Shown piece after piece: positions 12,114 to 24,894 of a stretch of DNA of 64,000 nt. Source of the DNA: Vicugna vicugna (lineage: Eukaryota). How positions within the stretch are numbered: position 1 is the stretch's first letter; every line of letters starts with the position of its first letter. The notes beneath the pieces are model-generated. The model searched no databases. It was given only the letters and a program-made list of their open reading frames with translations, and had not been told where the DNA came from. The stretch lies in the NCBI GenBank assembly GCA_013265495.1, contig MU058065.1, forward strand, positions 5,306,976 through 5,370,975. Direction: 5' to 3'. A program made the position numbers and the translations under genes.

Positions 12114-13994
12114 TTCTTTGTCCCGTCGGTCAGGAAGCTCCAAGATGGCGCCCACATCATCACGTGACCCTTCTCAACGTGCCTGATGCTAAGAACTTGC
12201 CCCAGAAATCTCTGCTGTGTCTCCTCTCTTTGGTGCAGAGTGGGAGACATTGTTCCTTTGGCCCAAAGTAAAACCAAACTCAGGGTCACAGGGAAAACTA
12301 TACCCACCCAGGCCAAGTCACGAGGTCCTCGGAGTAGTCTTTCTGGCTGAGGAAGCTTGGACGTTCTATCAGTTGGGATTTGGGATTAACTTAAACCCAA
12401 AGGGGCATTTATTAGAAAAATATGGAGAGACTTTTCAGAACTGAAGGAAGATGGAGCCCCAGGCCACAGGGAGAAAGGGAGTTCAGAGACGGTCTCTTTG
12501 GGGCACATCCATGGGGATCACCAGATTCTCACTGCAACCCACCCTCACACAGCTCCTGAACCTGTGTAAACCGCAGTTCAGGGCGTCCTGGTGGCTTGCC
12601 TTGAGTCACGTGCTCAAGTTTGCAGTCTGTTAGGGGAGCCTCGTGGTGAATTCTGATGCAGGGGATGGATGGCCTGCACTTTGAAAGACATGACAGCTCA
12701 CTTTGTTACCTTGAAATGCATGTTTTAAATTATGAAGCAATTCTTACAAAGGTGAGCTACCACTGGAAGCTTCAGAGGACCATAGAAGGGAAGCAGGACC
12801 AGCATCGTTTCCAACCTACAGACCAAGACTCTGAGACAAGGAAGGCTAAGTGATGTCCAGGGGACACTCTGGTTAGAGTTGTACTCAGGTCTTAACTCCT
12901 GGATGCTGCTCTCCCACCCCACGCTGTCCTTTAGAGGACTGAGTGCAGTTCCAGGGTGGTTTCTCTCTCTCTGTGGTTTAGCATCTCGAGTCTTCACTTC
13001 TCTTTCTTCCTCCTCTCACCCAGCGTACAGAGACACACTGGCAAACATGCTCATTCACTAGCCCATACACTGCCAGGAAAAGGGCCAAGCTACACAGCGC
13101 AAGGACCCTCCTCGTAGGGAAAGGAGAAGGGGACGCAACCATGGAACACACGTACTAGAACTCTGCCAGTGGTGCCGGACCCCAGGCTGCAGAGATACCA
13201 GGAACGCGATCGCCAGCATCTTCCGCCCTCCCAGCTCACGGCCCTGTCTGTTTTCCTAGAGCAGGACTGGGGGAGGGAGAGGTTTTATTAGACGCAGCAG
13301 GGAGCGTGGCTCAAGAAACACTTGAGTGGCTCTCAGTCAGGCATGAACTAGTGTGCAGCTGAAGGTTCTGGGGTGGTGGGGGGAGGGCGGGAGGCAGGAC
13401 TCTCTCCCTTTCCCATCTGGGAGAGCACCTGGCCGCACCCTCCAAAAGGCAATGCCAGAGGGAGTCTGGGCGCTGATGAGGACCCGGTCGGAGTTAACAA
13501 AGTAACATTCACTTATGCTAATGGGCACCAAGGGTTACTTCATCACTAGTGGAGCGGATTGGCTTGAGACAAGCCGGAGCAATAAAACATCCCTAAAACT
13601 CTCTGTCTTGAAATAGGCAAGGGAAGAGAATTTATTATTATTGTTCTTCAGTCACACAAAAAGGGAGAGAGTCAAAATGAATGAAGGTCACCGTTCCCTT
13701 TACAGCTGATGGACTTACCTTTCCCTTTGTTCCCGTGCCTCCACGGTAAATTGCAGTTGGAAACAAGAGGAGCATACTAGAGGATTTTCTGTTGTTACTT
13801 TCGTTTTCCCCAAGAGGAGAAGGGACAGTCCATTTAAAACAACTGAGCTATTATATCACAGTGCTTCTTGTTGAAAATTCAAACGTCACTGGAAACCGCT
13901 CCAGCAGAACTAAACGTTAAAGTGGGATGCAAGAACCACATTATTTCAAAAATCATAATGCCAAATACACATGCAGACCAGTGCCCTTCCAAAT

Positions 13995-14140
13995 TGATAT
14001 ATATAAGATTTTAACATAGATACATAAATATTACATACATGTATATAATACCTAAGTATATTTACATATTATGAATATACTATATAATATACATGTATAC
14101 TACATATTATATACTATATAGATATATTATATGTATGTAA
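13995..14140. repeat. AT-rich degenerate (TA)n tract
   Basis: Interrupted tatata/tacata runs. Confidence 0.85.
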
Positions 14141-14144
14141 AACA

Positions 14145-14290
14145 CTTGACCTTCTCATAAATTCTGGGAGGCAAGTGGATGAAACTGTGGTTCAGTTCAA
14201 GTGACCTGTCCCAAGATATACAGCTAGAAGTGCCAGAGTCATTAAACTTGGTTTTCTGACTTCATGACCAATGCTTTCTCCTCCATGATC
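14145..14290 (-). mobile_element. MIR SINE
   Basis: gatgaaactgtggttcagttcaagtgacctgtcccaagatatacagctagaagtgccagag. Confidence 0.75.
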
Positions 14291-16840
14291 CTTCATTTTT
14301 TCAGGTACTAACGTAAAATATACTAAAAGTCTCAAAAAATTACCGTGCACCTCAGCCTGGTACATAAAAGCATGGGTAGCACTCATTCCGTGGTGTCATC
14401 AGACAGCCCACAACCAAAAGTCTACAAGGAAGACAGCAGCAAATAAACTCCACGTTGGGGCAGATCCCCCGGAAGCAGGAATTTCAGGGTCACTAGCTCT
14501 GGAAACATGGATAAATCTTTAAAACAACAGAGGAATTTCCCTTTGGGGAGCTGCTTCATTACTGTCCAGAGCTTCATGCCAGGAGTGACCTTGGGAAGCA
14601 GCCGCCTGGTTCGAAGGCGAGAGGAGGTGTGTGTGCATGGAGGGACGGGTCTTCCTGTGGGCCCCTCACCCTTCCCAGGACCTTCCCCTGGCTACACCAT
14701 GGTCTACCCCTCATTCTGAAGAAGCAGGGGTCCCACAGCCCCTCTCCACAGGGAGTGCAGTGCAAACGTCCTGCCTGCTATATTAAGGTCCCATGAGGAG
14801 AGCTCTGAGCCTACATCTGTTCTCTGAGTCCACACCTGTATTTCAGGGGGGCTGTGGGGAGAACCCCTGTGCTCCTGGACATGTCTGTAGAGTTTCTTTC
14901 CCTCCAGACCCCTCAGTCGGGCTCAGACCTCTGCCTGTGGTCCAGCACACTCACTGACGTCCTGCTGGGCTCAAACACTTCCCGGAGGGGCTACCTGATA
15001 CCCACTTGGGGACCCTCAGTACCAAAACTACATGGAGACCTGTGAAGAGTTAGTAGAAAGCAGCCATGTCCCCAATTCTGTGTCACCTGGGCCCTAAACT
15101 GACCCCTTGTGTGCCCATAGTCTCACAAAGTCTTCAGGAACCCAGCTCTTCCAGCCCTATATTCAAGCTAGGCAGAGAGCTAGCCAGTCTTATCTCTCAG
15201 GGAACTCCCTCTCCATGAGAAAATCCTTCCTTTTCCTTTCAGCCCACCCCCTGCCCACCCCAATGGTAACTTGCATCAGTGGACACTTGCAAAGGTTCAC
15301 TGAGTCACCAGATCTACAACCAGAAGTGGGTCACGTGAGGCTATCTCCTCCTGTCATGCATGCTCTGAGAAGTGGGAGAAAGCCAAGCTAGGGAGGCCTG
15401 GAGGATTCCTGGAGGGCTTCCTGGTGGAGGTAGTACTTTTGATTCTTAAAGAAGTAAGACTCAGATGAAAAGATAAGATAGAAGTTCTCAGGCCCAAGAA
15501 TCACTTGATCCAGATTTGTTCACAGGAGATCAATGAAAACCATACCCTAAAGCCACCTCATGTGTAAGAGGGAAGAGCCAGACCATCTAGTTCAGAAGAA
15601 AAACAAAACAAAACCTAACTCCTGGACCCTTTCCATGCTGACCAGCTTTCTCCCCCCTCACCCAGGGTATTTTCCTTCTCTAAGTACAATGCTATTTTCT
15701 CCTCATATTTGTTGAATCCGTTTTCTGACTAGGCACGGCCTCTCCTCTCAGAAAGCACCAAAGAAAACACTAAATCTGAGAGAACGCACTCCCATTCCCC
15801 TTTCCCTGCTTTTATACCAACTTTGACCAGTAGAGTCGAGGTGGAGGCAAGGGGCCTTGGAATATAAAATTCTCAGAAGCCTAATCGCCAGAGAGATGAA
15901 TTTCTGCCCCCAAACTCCTCCAGAAGTTGTCCGTATCAGCCTATCGGGTATCACCCATCTAGTGAGATCAGAGATAAGGCAGAATCCCTGCACTTTAACT
16001 GCAATGTGCATCCACACTCTGGAGCCTGAGGTTTCAAAAGAGGCTCTTTCTCTGGGCCCCAAACCCACATTCTTACTTGCTAAAGCTTCCAGTGACTCTA
16101 ATGTGAGCTCCATGCACGTAAGGCCTGCAGGATTGGCCCCTGTGGGAGTGTACAGTGACAACATAATAGAGAAAAATCACTTTAGCAGGCAACAGTGACA
16201 GCTGGGCAGGCATTCGAAAAAAGGGAAAAGGCCTCGGTTTAGACAAATTACTGAATGAAATGATCACATGAAAAGCCCTTTTTACAGCTGCCACCAAGAA
16301 ATCCAGCAAATATAAAACACGTGAAAAAGTAAATAAAGGAACTTCTGAACCTTTTTCTCTCCCTACCCAAGGTGTGGTAAATGGTTAAAATGTTCGAAAA
16401 AGGTCTCCAGTGTTCTGAGTCATGGGCCCAAATGGAAAAACGTGACTATCTGCGTTTTTCACATCAATTACTATACAACCAATAAAACATAAACAATGAA
16501 AGGGCTCCCCAAACCCTGGAAAATTCCAAAGCCTATTTCAGAGTCTCCACAATTATACTCAGATCCTCTCATTTCCATGACTTTTGACATCTCATTACCC
16601 CGCATCGCACTTTTACAGACTCATTTTCCAGCACATATAAAAATGACAATGCATCCTCAAAGCCATCTCAATGATCTAACTGATGAGTTCTATCAGCCAC
16701 TTAAGAATAAAACAGGTACTTCCTTAATAAAAATCCTTGCGGTAAGAAGGGCATGGAAGGAAGCCCATGTTGGCAGAAATCAATATTTTTTAATATACAT
16801 TTTTAATATACACATATGTATATGTAGATACATGTATGGT

Positions 16841-16841
<1 letters not shown>

Positions 16842-16909
<68 letters not shown>

Positions 16910-16918
16910 GTATATATA
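16842..16918. repeat. Compound microsatellite (GT)n(AT)n(ATGT)n
   Basis: Directly visible perfect tandem runs. Confidence 0.98.
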
Positions 16919-16924
16919 CAGCAG

Positions 16925-17110
16925 GATGGAGCAGGGTGGGGACAACCAAGTGGGAGTTAAGAGATCTGGTTTCAGGTACTAATTCTGCCACTAATTTGCT
17001 GTGTGATTTGGGGCTACTATTAACCCCTCTGGGCCTTGCTTGCCAGATCTCTAAAATGAAGGCATTTGAAAGGACGCTCCCGAGGCCCCTGCTTGTGCTG
17101 ACAGGCTCTG
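16925..17110 (+). mobile_element. MIR/MIR3 SINE
   Basis: gatctggtttcaggtactaattctgccactaatttgctgtgtgatttggg...taacccctctgggcct. Confidence 0.75.
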
Positions 17111-17755
17111 ATTTTGGAAGCTTCCTCAGGGGATCCCCTTCTACAACATGGGCTCACAACCTAGTCATTTTCAAATTTAGAAACAAAAACAATTTTAACT
17201 TCTTCCTGTTTCTTTGTCTATATACTCAGTTACAGAATTAAGAGGGGTTAAAAGAGGGCCAAATAATATAGTGATATTCTCTTGGGCAGAACCCAATTTT
17301 AGAAATTGGTTCTGTTTCTCAGGACCTGTCTCTCAGGACCATCTCAGATTAAGTCCAAAGATATTTTTAGAGAACTTCTAAGAGCCCTGGAAGAGGATGT
17401 GGGGAATTCCTTAGTTTGCAGGATGGAGGATCTAAATCCAAAGGCCCCTGCAGCTTCCAAGAATCAGACTAGAGCTTGCTGAGAAATGTCCCAGCTAGCC
17501 TATGTCTAGTAGCCAGAAACATACACTTTTGGAAAAGAAGACATTGTAACAAGTTATCATCGATGTATGCATATTGACACTGTGATAAAAAACAGATACA
17601 CAAGAAATACATAATTCAACCGTGGGGGCATCTTTAAAGTTTTTTTCAGCAATCCCTGAGTTTGGAGAGATGGCGGAGGAAGAGAAAGAGGAAAGGACAT
17701 GGTCAGATACAGACACTCTCGGTTCATTAATCTTCCGTTTCCCCACAGCCTAGAC

Positions 17756-17943
17756 CAGTGATTCTCAACTTGGGCTGCACATTGGAATCACACGGGGAGC
17801 TTTAAAAAGATAATGATGGCTGAGGCTCACCCTCAGAGATTTTGGTCTAGTTGTTATGGGGAATGCTACCTGGGCCCTGGGATTCCTAGAAGCCAGCCCC
17901 CCTCAAGATATTTCAACAGAGCAGCCAACTTTGAGAATCACTG
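17756..17943. mobile_element. MER5-family (MER5A1/MER5B) hAT MITE
   Basis: Terminal inverted repeats cagtgattctcaa / ttgagaatcactg; ggctgcacattggaatcac core. Confidence 0.85.
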
Positions 17944-17960
17944 CTCTGGTCCCTCTAATG

Positions 17961-18144
17961 AGGCGGTTCTTAAACTTTACCATGCATCAGAACTACCTGG
18001 AAGACAGGAGAACATGGCAGCTGGATCTCAGCCCCAGAGCTTCCAACACAGTAGCCATGGGGAGAAGCCCCAAAATGCATTCCTAATATGTTCCACGGTG
18101 ATGCTGATGCTGGTGGTCTGGGGCCCACACTTTAAGAATCACAG
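17961..18144 (-). mobile_element. MER5A hAT MITE
   Basis: ggtgatgctgatgctggtggtctggggcccacactttaagaatcac is the reverse complement of the MER5A 5' end. Confidence 0.85.
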
Positions 18145-18250
18145 TTCTAATCTGTGTGCTTAGTTCCTAAAAATGTGAGCACTTCCCACACAATTCATCT
18201 TCTCTACCCTTGATCCTCTCCCAAACCCTCAACTGTGGCCAAGGCAGGCC

Positions 18251-18880
18251 TGTTGCTACGGGCAGCTTTCAGGATTCAAGACCCTGGGGCCAGCAGAGAA
18301 TCTTTGTGTTGGGCTCTGTTAACTGCCTTCCCACTTGTGGGTGAGCCTAAGGAAAGAGCTTCCCCTCCAGAGAACACCACACTCAGGGAACAACGCAAAT
18401 GCGACAAATAGGGAAAGCAGGAGGAAAGTCTGTTTGTAAAGTTAGGAAAGGTAACCCTGGTGAGCCTGCTCAGCCTCAGAAAACTAAGTCAGACACCTGA
18501 GAAAGGGACTAGCCAGCCTATGTCCCAACCAGGGACATAATTAGAAAGAAAGGAAACAGTAATGACCCGTAAACACACTGGAGGTTCCTTAAGGAGTTAA
18601 TACAAGAAGGACAAAGGGAATCAGTATCTCCCCAGTCCTTGCCACACCCAGTGTCAGTACTGAAGGTCTTCAGCCTGAGCCAGTGATCAGGCGGATTCTA
18701 GTGCCCCTGCATTCCAAAGCGACAGTTCACAAGTCAGGAGATAGCTTGAGAAGAAATCCTGGTGCTGGAGGCATGGCCCTTGGCAGTCGACGAGGGGGCC
18801 TTGGTTAACTGGAGGACTGAGACCTCTTATTGTGAAGTCTTCGCCTGCATGACCGTAAATGATGTTTATGTATGTCTAAT
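18251..18880 (+). mobile_element. Ancient Gypsy-like LTR (MamGypLTR1-like), partial
   Basis: Collinear blocks gttaactgccttcccacttgtgggtgagcct, ggattctagtgcccctgc, gcttgagaaga, atggcccttggcagt match recalled consensus. Confidence 0.55.
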
Positions 18881-21530
18881 CTCTGCCACTGGAGATTGAC
18901 TGGCCCTGTTTTCTCCCATGGCCTTTATTACCCTCTGTGCTAATGACTAAGACTAGTCCAGCCGTTGGACCTGTGTCTTCTTCCTAATCATTTGAGGTCC
19001 AGCTCACCCCATTGTGTGATCCTTTCTCCTACAGTTGACCGAGCATCTGCCCCACTCAAGCCAGGACTCAACATCCATCTGGGTCCGAGAGAGCTCAGCG
19101 GTACACGGGGAAAGCCTTCGGCTTCAACAGGCACCTCAAAGCAGCCCTGGAGATGGTGGTGGGAGCTGTGGAGCCAACTTTCTCCCCACTGCCCCCTCTC
19201 CATGTGCTCCTTCATCCACTTGGCAACTGGGCCCAGAGAAGAAAGCAGCCCAGCAGAGAAGTGTCCCCTGAGAGGGTGTATCCCTACCAGGGAGAGTCAC
19301 ACTCACTGGATGAGTCATTATCCAGAAGAGCTGGGCTGGGAAGAGGACTCCAGGTACAAGCTGGCAGGGTGGACCTGGGGTTTGGAGAAGAACATGAGAG
19401 GCCAGCTTTCACATCTTTCTCTGAGCTAATGAGGGTACCACTCCTGGGAGCTGATCCTCCAGGTGAGGATGTGGGAAGAGGTGTCAAAGATGCAGTCTGG
19501 TCTAGGCAGTAGCTGGACTTCTCCTGAGATTTGTTCACAAAGGGTGTATCTCAACTCTAGCACAAATGGATTCATTCTCTCTTTTACTTTCTGTTTTGAG
19601 CTATTTGAGAAATCTCCTCTCAAGCAGATATACTTAGCTGGCAACCAGGAACCCAGGATGGGAAGGGGAAAAGCAAACATACTTTGGTTGGTGGTAGAGG
19701 GCATATGTATTTTTATATCTGTCTTTGCTCTACCACTAGGGACTGGACTCAGGACAAAGAAGCCAGGAGGGAGTGACAGCACAAAGCACACATGCTGGCG
19801 AATCTGATAGAAGGGGCAGGATGGGGAGAAACCATGATTCTCTCCGAGGCACTGACTCTCTCCGAGGGTCAGAAATACTCAAGGCACTGAGCTTCTAGCC
19901 AGAGGAAGGAGGAGGAAGAAGAGGAAGAGAAATGGAAGGAAGAGGAAGAAAGGGAGAGAAAAGATTTACGAAAACAAAGTATGTGCCAGAAAACCCCAAG
20001 TTTTTTACATTCAGATGCATTTACTGAGGGGAAATCTACAAGAGTGTAATATGACCACTGCACAGCGAGAACAAGCAGCAAAACCATTCACTAGACTTCC
20101 AGACAGCCCACTTGAGCAAAGACCAAAGCCCAACGGCGTCCCATCACCAGCTCTGGCCGCAAGCTAAGCACGCTGACACGATTACTGTCCGGTAAAGGCC
20201 GTGGTGGAAGCGGTATTTCAGCTCGATGGAATTGCTCTGTCTACAAAGACACAGAAAGTACATTTCCTTGCTCAGATCCTCTGTACATATGGTGAAGACA
20301 CGTTCACACACACAGCTGAGCCTGTAACATGGTGAAACCCACTCAGTCCGAATGTTTTCTCCCCACCCTTCCCCTCTAGTCAGCCCAGTTGTAGGAGGAA
20401 TAACCTCCTCAGTCCTGATGCCAGCGCGGCTCCCCACCACGCACTCACGAGGGAGAGCCCGAGATACCAGCTCTCACACAGGCAGTGTATTTTCAGAAGT
20501 GATCCCAGGGAACAGGAGAAAGAGACTGAAGAGTGAAACCAGGAAGGAAAGAAGGGGAGTGGCGGGAGTGGGAGGGAGGGAAAGAGGGACGGAGGACAGA
20601 CAATACACAAGGGAACTGGGTGAAGGCTGCAAGCAGATTTGCATTCTAGAAACCTCATCTTTGCAATACTGATGACGAACCTGAACTCGGAGGAGAGAGA
20701 AAGTAGGCCAGTGAGGAAGTTACTGGGATGTGGGGACAATTCAGGTTGGGGGGGGCGGTACTGAACCAGAACAATGGCTGGGGAAACGGAGCAGGTAGAA
20801 TGCCTTTGACACTGTTAAATGCTGGTTAGATTTCACAGTACAGTTAGACAACTTGGACAACTTATCAAGAATATTATGGGTTAACCAGTGTTTTGCAGTG
20901 AAGGTTAGAGACCTAACACACAGTTACCCTGTGTCCACGCAAAAGTACACAGCCTTGTAAACAACTCCCTTACAAATGGACATCTAGACCCAGCCTATTC
21001 TCAGAGAAGGGACTGTTTGCAGACACCAAGTTACTGTCCTCTACACCAGCAAAACACAAACACATTTCTTCCAACAGATGCTTTTGTTTATTGGAATCAT
21101 GACTGGCACGTCTTAATGTTGTGAAACATGGCTGGATTTTCAAAGTTGGTTTTTTTTTAGCAAATACAACTTTATTAGTCTATTTACTTCTGACTGCTCT
21201 AGTTTTAAAAAACAAAAACAAAAACTAAATAAAATCTTTCCCAATCGCCTTTGACAGACTGCAAACCATGAGAAGTGACCAGAAGAGGAGAAGGTCGTAA
21301 GGTCGTGGTGGGAAAGGGTTTCCCTATTGGGAAACAGGGAGAAGATGGGAGTCGGCCATCTCTCCCATTACTGCTAAACTTTTCGGAGAGGACAGGGAGG
21401 AAACAGGACCACCTAAGATGTAACACAAAAGGGAAAATACTCAGAGCATAAGCTCTATGACGGTAAAGACAGTGCTTACTGGTGTACCCCCAGTGCTTAG
21501 CACATTGTAGGTACTCAAGGAACACTGGCT

Positions 21531-21612
21531 TGGAGGGAGGGAGGAAAGAGAAGGGAAGAGGGAAAGAGGGAAGAAGGAAGGAAGGGCGAGAGGGGGAAAG
21601 GAAGAAGGAAGA
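21531..21612. repeat. Purine-rich (GA/GGAA) low-complexity tract
   Basis: About 80 nt of almost pure A/G. Confidence 0.9.
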
Positions 21613-21859
21613 GCTCACTGCTGTCAAGGAAGAGCAGGTGGGAACTCAGTGACTCTGCCCCCTGGCAGATGGCCTCTGTCCACTCGTCCCCCTGCCCCAG
21701 ATCAGGAAGGAGAACGAGGCACAGGAAGGGAGACAAAGGACTGAAGAAGCAGAAAGGGCATCCGAATGCCCTTACTCAGTCCCACCTATGTGGTTCACCA
21801 ACCACGCGGTGGGTTCTGCAGTTCTGCTTCAGGACCGGAAAGTATCACACTGCAAAATT

Positions 21860-22185
21860 CCACGCAGCCTGGAATTATCTCCCCCCAGGTCAGACCTCAA
21901 AACTGACCCCCTTAGAACAACTTTGACCAAACCCCTATGTACAGCAGACCTCCAGGCACCACGACCTCTCCCTGTTTTACTCCTTTTAACAGAGCTGATC
22001 ACTCCCCCAAATTATCTTGTTCATTTATGTGTTCACTTGTTTATCGTCTGTTGCCTCCCAGGAGAATGTAGGTGCCAAGAAGGTAAAAGTCTTGTTTGCA
22101 GACTTCATCACTGCATCTTCCAGCCAACAATAGTTCCTGGCACATAATATGTTCTCAGTGAATATTTTGCTGAGCGAATATCAAA
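21860..22185 (+). mobile_element. LINE-2 3' end
   Basis: ttgtttatcgtctgttgcctccc...aatagttcctggcacataatatgttctcagtgaatattttgctgagcgaat. Confidence 0.85.
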
Positions 22186-23712
22186 TGAAAGAGATGAGGA
22201 CAGAGAGTAATAGGGATGGATGTGAAAAGTATAATGTTTGGTGAAACAAAAGCACAAGAAACAGAATGAGATCTATGACAAAATTCCACTTCTGTAGATT
22301 AGGAATACAGACGCTCAAGGATTTAACACATTTTGTACAGCATTAAAATCATTCACTGAGTTGAGAAAGGCAAGGGGCTGAGGTGTTGAAGTAAAAGGAG
22401 CTACATTCATACAAGCAAGCAAACAAGAAAGACGCCACCGTGTACCAATTATAATTATATCCGTCAACTAATAGAGAGAGAAAAAGAAGAGGGGAAATGA
22501 GAGGTACCTACTACCAGATCCACACTGGGTTATTATTTTTCTTTGACACATAGAAATATGGATAAAGACAGATATAAAATAGGTAATCTAGCTAAGAATA
22601 GATCATATAACTGTCTAGTAAACTGTATATTCCCTCACATAGATTCAGTTCTTCTCCACTGACCTTTTGGTTGTTATGATAAAGTTCCCTCCTTGGCTAC
22701 TGCAAAGGAGAGAGATATAAAATGCTTGGACCTGTTGGGCACTGAAGTCAAGATGCTGGTGCCCAGGGAAACCACCCTCCTTCCCGGATGAGCGGAGTCC
22801 TTCCTGCATGGTTACACACACTGGAGGTCCCACCCTTGGCTTCAAGCCTTAGGAACTTCTTCAGATAAACCTTCCTTTCTTTACTTATCAAACTATTTCA
22901 ACCCCAAACCCAGCATTTTAGGAGCATGAAACCAAACTGGTGCCACAGATCTCCCAGTGTCGCACGTTAGGAGCAGAGGAGATCTGACGATTAGACAAGG
23001 TGGACAAGTCCCCAGAAGCCACAGCTGGCTGCGTGGTGTACATACAAATAACCCCTGACACCCAAAGAATGTGAGCACCAGATGACACGTTTAGCAATTG
23101 AGGCAGACCCTGCTCCCCTCCTGGGTGCACAGTCCAGGGGAGGCTTGTGTTCACCTGAGCAAACGACGGAGCCAGGTTAGGACTCTGCTCTCCTGACTTC
23201 CTCTCCAGTGCTCGTTCCAGGGTCTGAGGTCAGCACTGTGTCTCCGCTCAGTCCAACTGCCAATGTGCATGAGGAGGACCAGCTCCTCAAGATGCAGAAC
23301 CAGGTTTGCCTCAATGGCCCCCAAAACTGGAAGATGTGTGCTACACCTTTGCAAGGTATTCACTTATATCACTACAAAACCCCTGGTTTTTTCATCTGTT
23401 CTCTTAAGGTCTGAACATGCAATATTCTTCCTAGTAATAGGCACTGACTTATGTCCAATGACTCTCAAAATACATTTCTCAGTTCTATGCTTTTATTCTG
23501 ACAGTACTGACAAGAGGTAAATATATATACACACACATATATATATAAATGCATACATATTCACATTTCCACATGTATAAACAGTGCAATCAGGACTGCT
23601 TTTTGCAGTAATCATTGCCCCATGCTCTCAATCATCCTTATTACTTCTGATGCAGAAAGAAAAAGAAGGGAAAAAAAGAAAAAACGGAAACTCTGCTCTT
23701 AAGATAACTTAC

Positions 23713-24130
23713 GGTGACCCCTGGTAAATGACAGCCAAGCAAAACTTCAAGGAACTTGTTACTTAGAGCTTGAATTTCAAGCAAACATCTTCCTGCATTT
23801 CTAATGAAAAACGGATCCTTTCCCCTGCTTTTGAAGTGCTCTTTGGGAATTGTTTGAGTGTTCTTTGCAATCTTTTATACCCAGCCTAAGGACTCTGACA
23901 AACGCTCTCTCCCTTCAAAGGCTGGTTAACTATGTGATGAATACACCTGTCACTTCCAATTCTAACCTGACTTTCTGTTGTGATGGCTGCAGAAGCTGGT
24001 ATCTATGGTAACTTTTCAGTGGCTCAACATCGATTGAAAAATGATTGGCTTATCAGGGTTGCTTGGCTGATTGATGGAAATAATCAGTTGCTCAAAATAA
24101 TCATGACAGATGAAGTCTCTTAATTAGCTA
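23713..24130 (-). promoter_or_regulatory. Candidate TATA promoter with non-coding first exon
   Basis: Minus strand: AGCCAATCA (24050-24042), TATAAAAG (23879-23872), Inr-like CAATTCC near 23851, donor ACC|GTAAGT at 23713; repeat-free block. Confidence 0.5.
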
Positions 24131-24584
24131 GTATTTGCAAGATCCAAAAATTTTAGATTTCATTACTTTTTTATTATTATTATTTCCATGCAAAAGTAAC
24201 TGAAATTTAATTCTCCTGAAATAGTTACAAGTTAATTTGGACTGTCTCGATGAAGGAAACTTGATTCAATCCACACATTATGCACAAGCCAAATGGCACA
24301 TTTTGTCTGTTCTAGAAAAATCTACTCCTTGATTTTTTAATATCTCAAGGTTAGACTAATTTGTGTTTTTTTTAAAGCCAAGTTCAGTACTAAGAAACTT
24401 TTTAGAGCATTTGCAAATTAATTACACAGCCTTTCGTTCGAATGCTTCTGCAAGGATGTAAAAGCAGGAAAGACAATATTGTAGGAGGAGAAACATTAAC
24501 TGGAGCCTGACTGTCCCACTGAAACTTAAATCCTTATTTTTTAATAGAACATTTTAAATCACTGTCTTCAAGAGTATAGCAATG

Positions 24585-24711
24585 GGTGCAGGGAGGGTAT
24601 AACTCAGTGCTAGAGTGTGTGCTTAGCATACTTGAGGTCCTGGGTTCAATCCCCAGTGCCTCCGATAACAAATGAATAAACAAATAAACCTAATTACCTA
24701 CTCCCTCCAAA
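24585..24711 (+). mobile_element. tRNA-Ala-derived SINE (Vic-1-like), full form with TSD
   Basis: tRNA-Ala head, tail aataaacctaattacctactccctcc, TSD agagtatagcaatg / aaagtacagcaatg. Confidence 0.92.
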
Positions 24712-24894
24712 AAAGTACAGCAATGTAGCAACAATTATATACAAGATAATTTTAGGTAGCCCACAAACTTTTCTTAATAGTCAGGTATTTATTTAATGTT
24801 AAGTTGCTGTTTCTCAACCATTTTGTACCTACAAAATACAAAGGTGGCAATTTCATATGGTTTAAGACATTATCTTACTTAAAAAATAAAAAAC

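Noticed and set aside
13721..13772. miR-204/211-like sequence TTCCCTTTGTTCCCGTGCCT with a partial hairpin
   Set aside because: Differs from both mature miRNAs after nt 10, the hairpin is short and mismatched, and no TRPM1/TRPM3 exons are seen.
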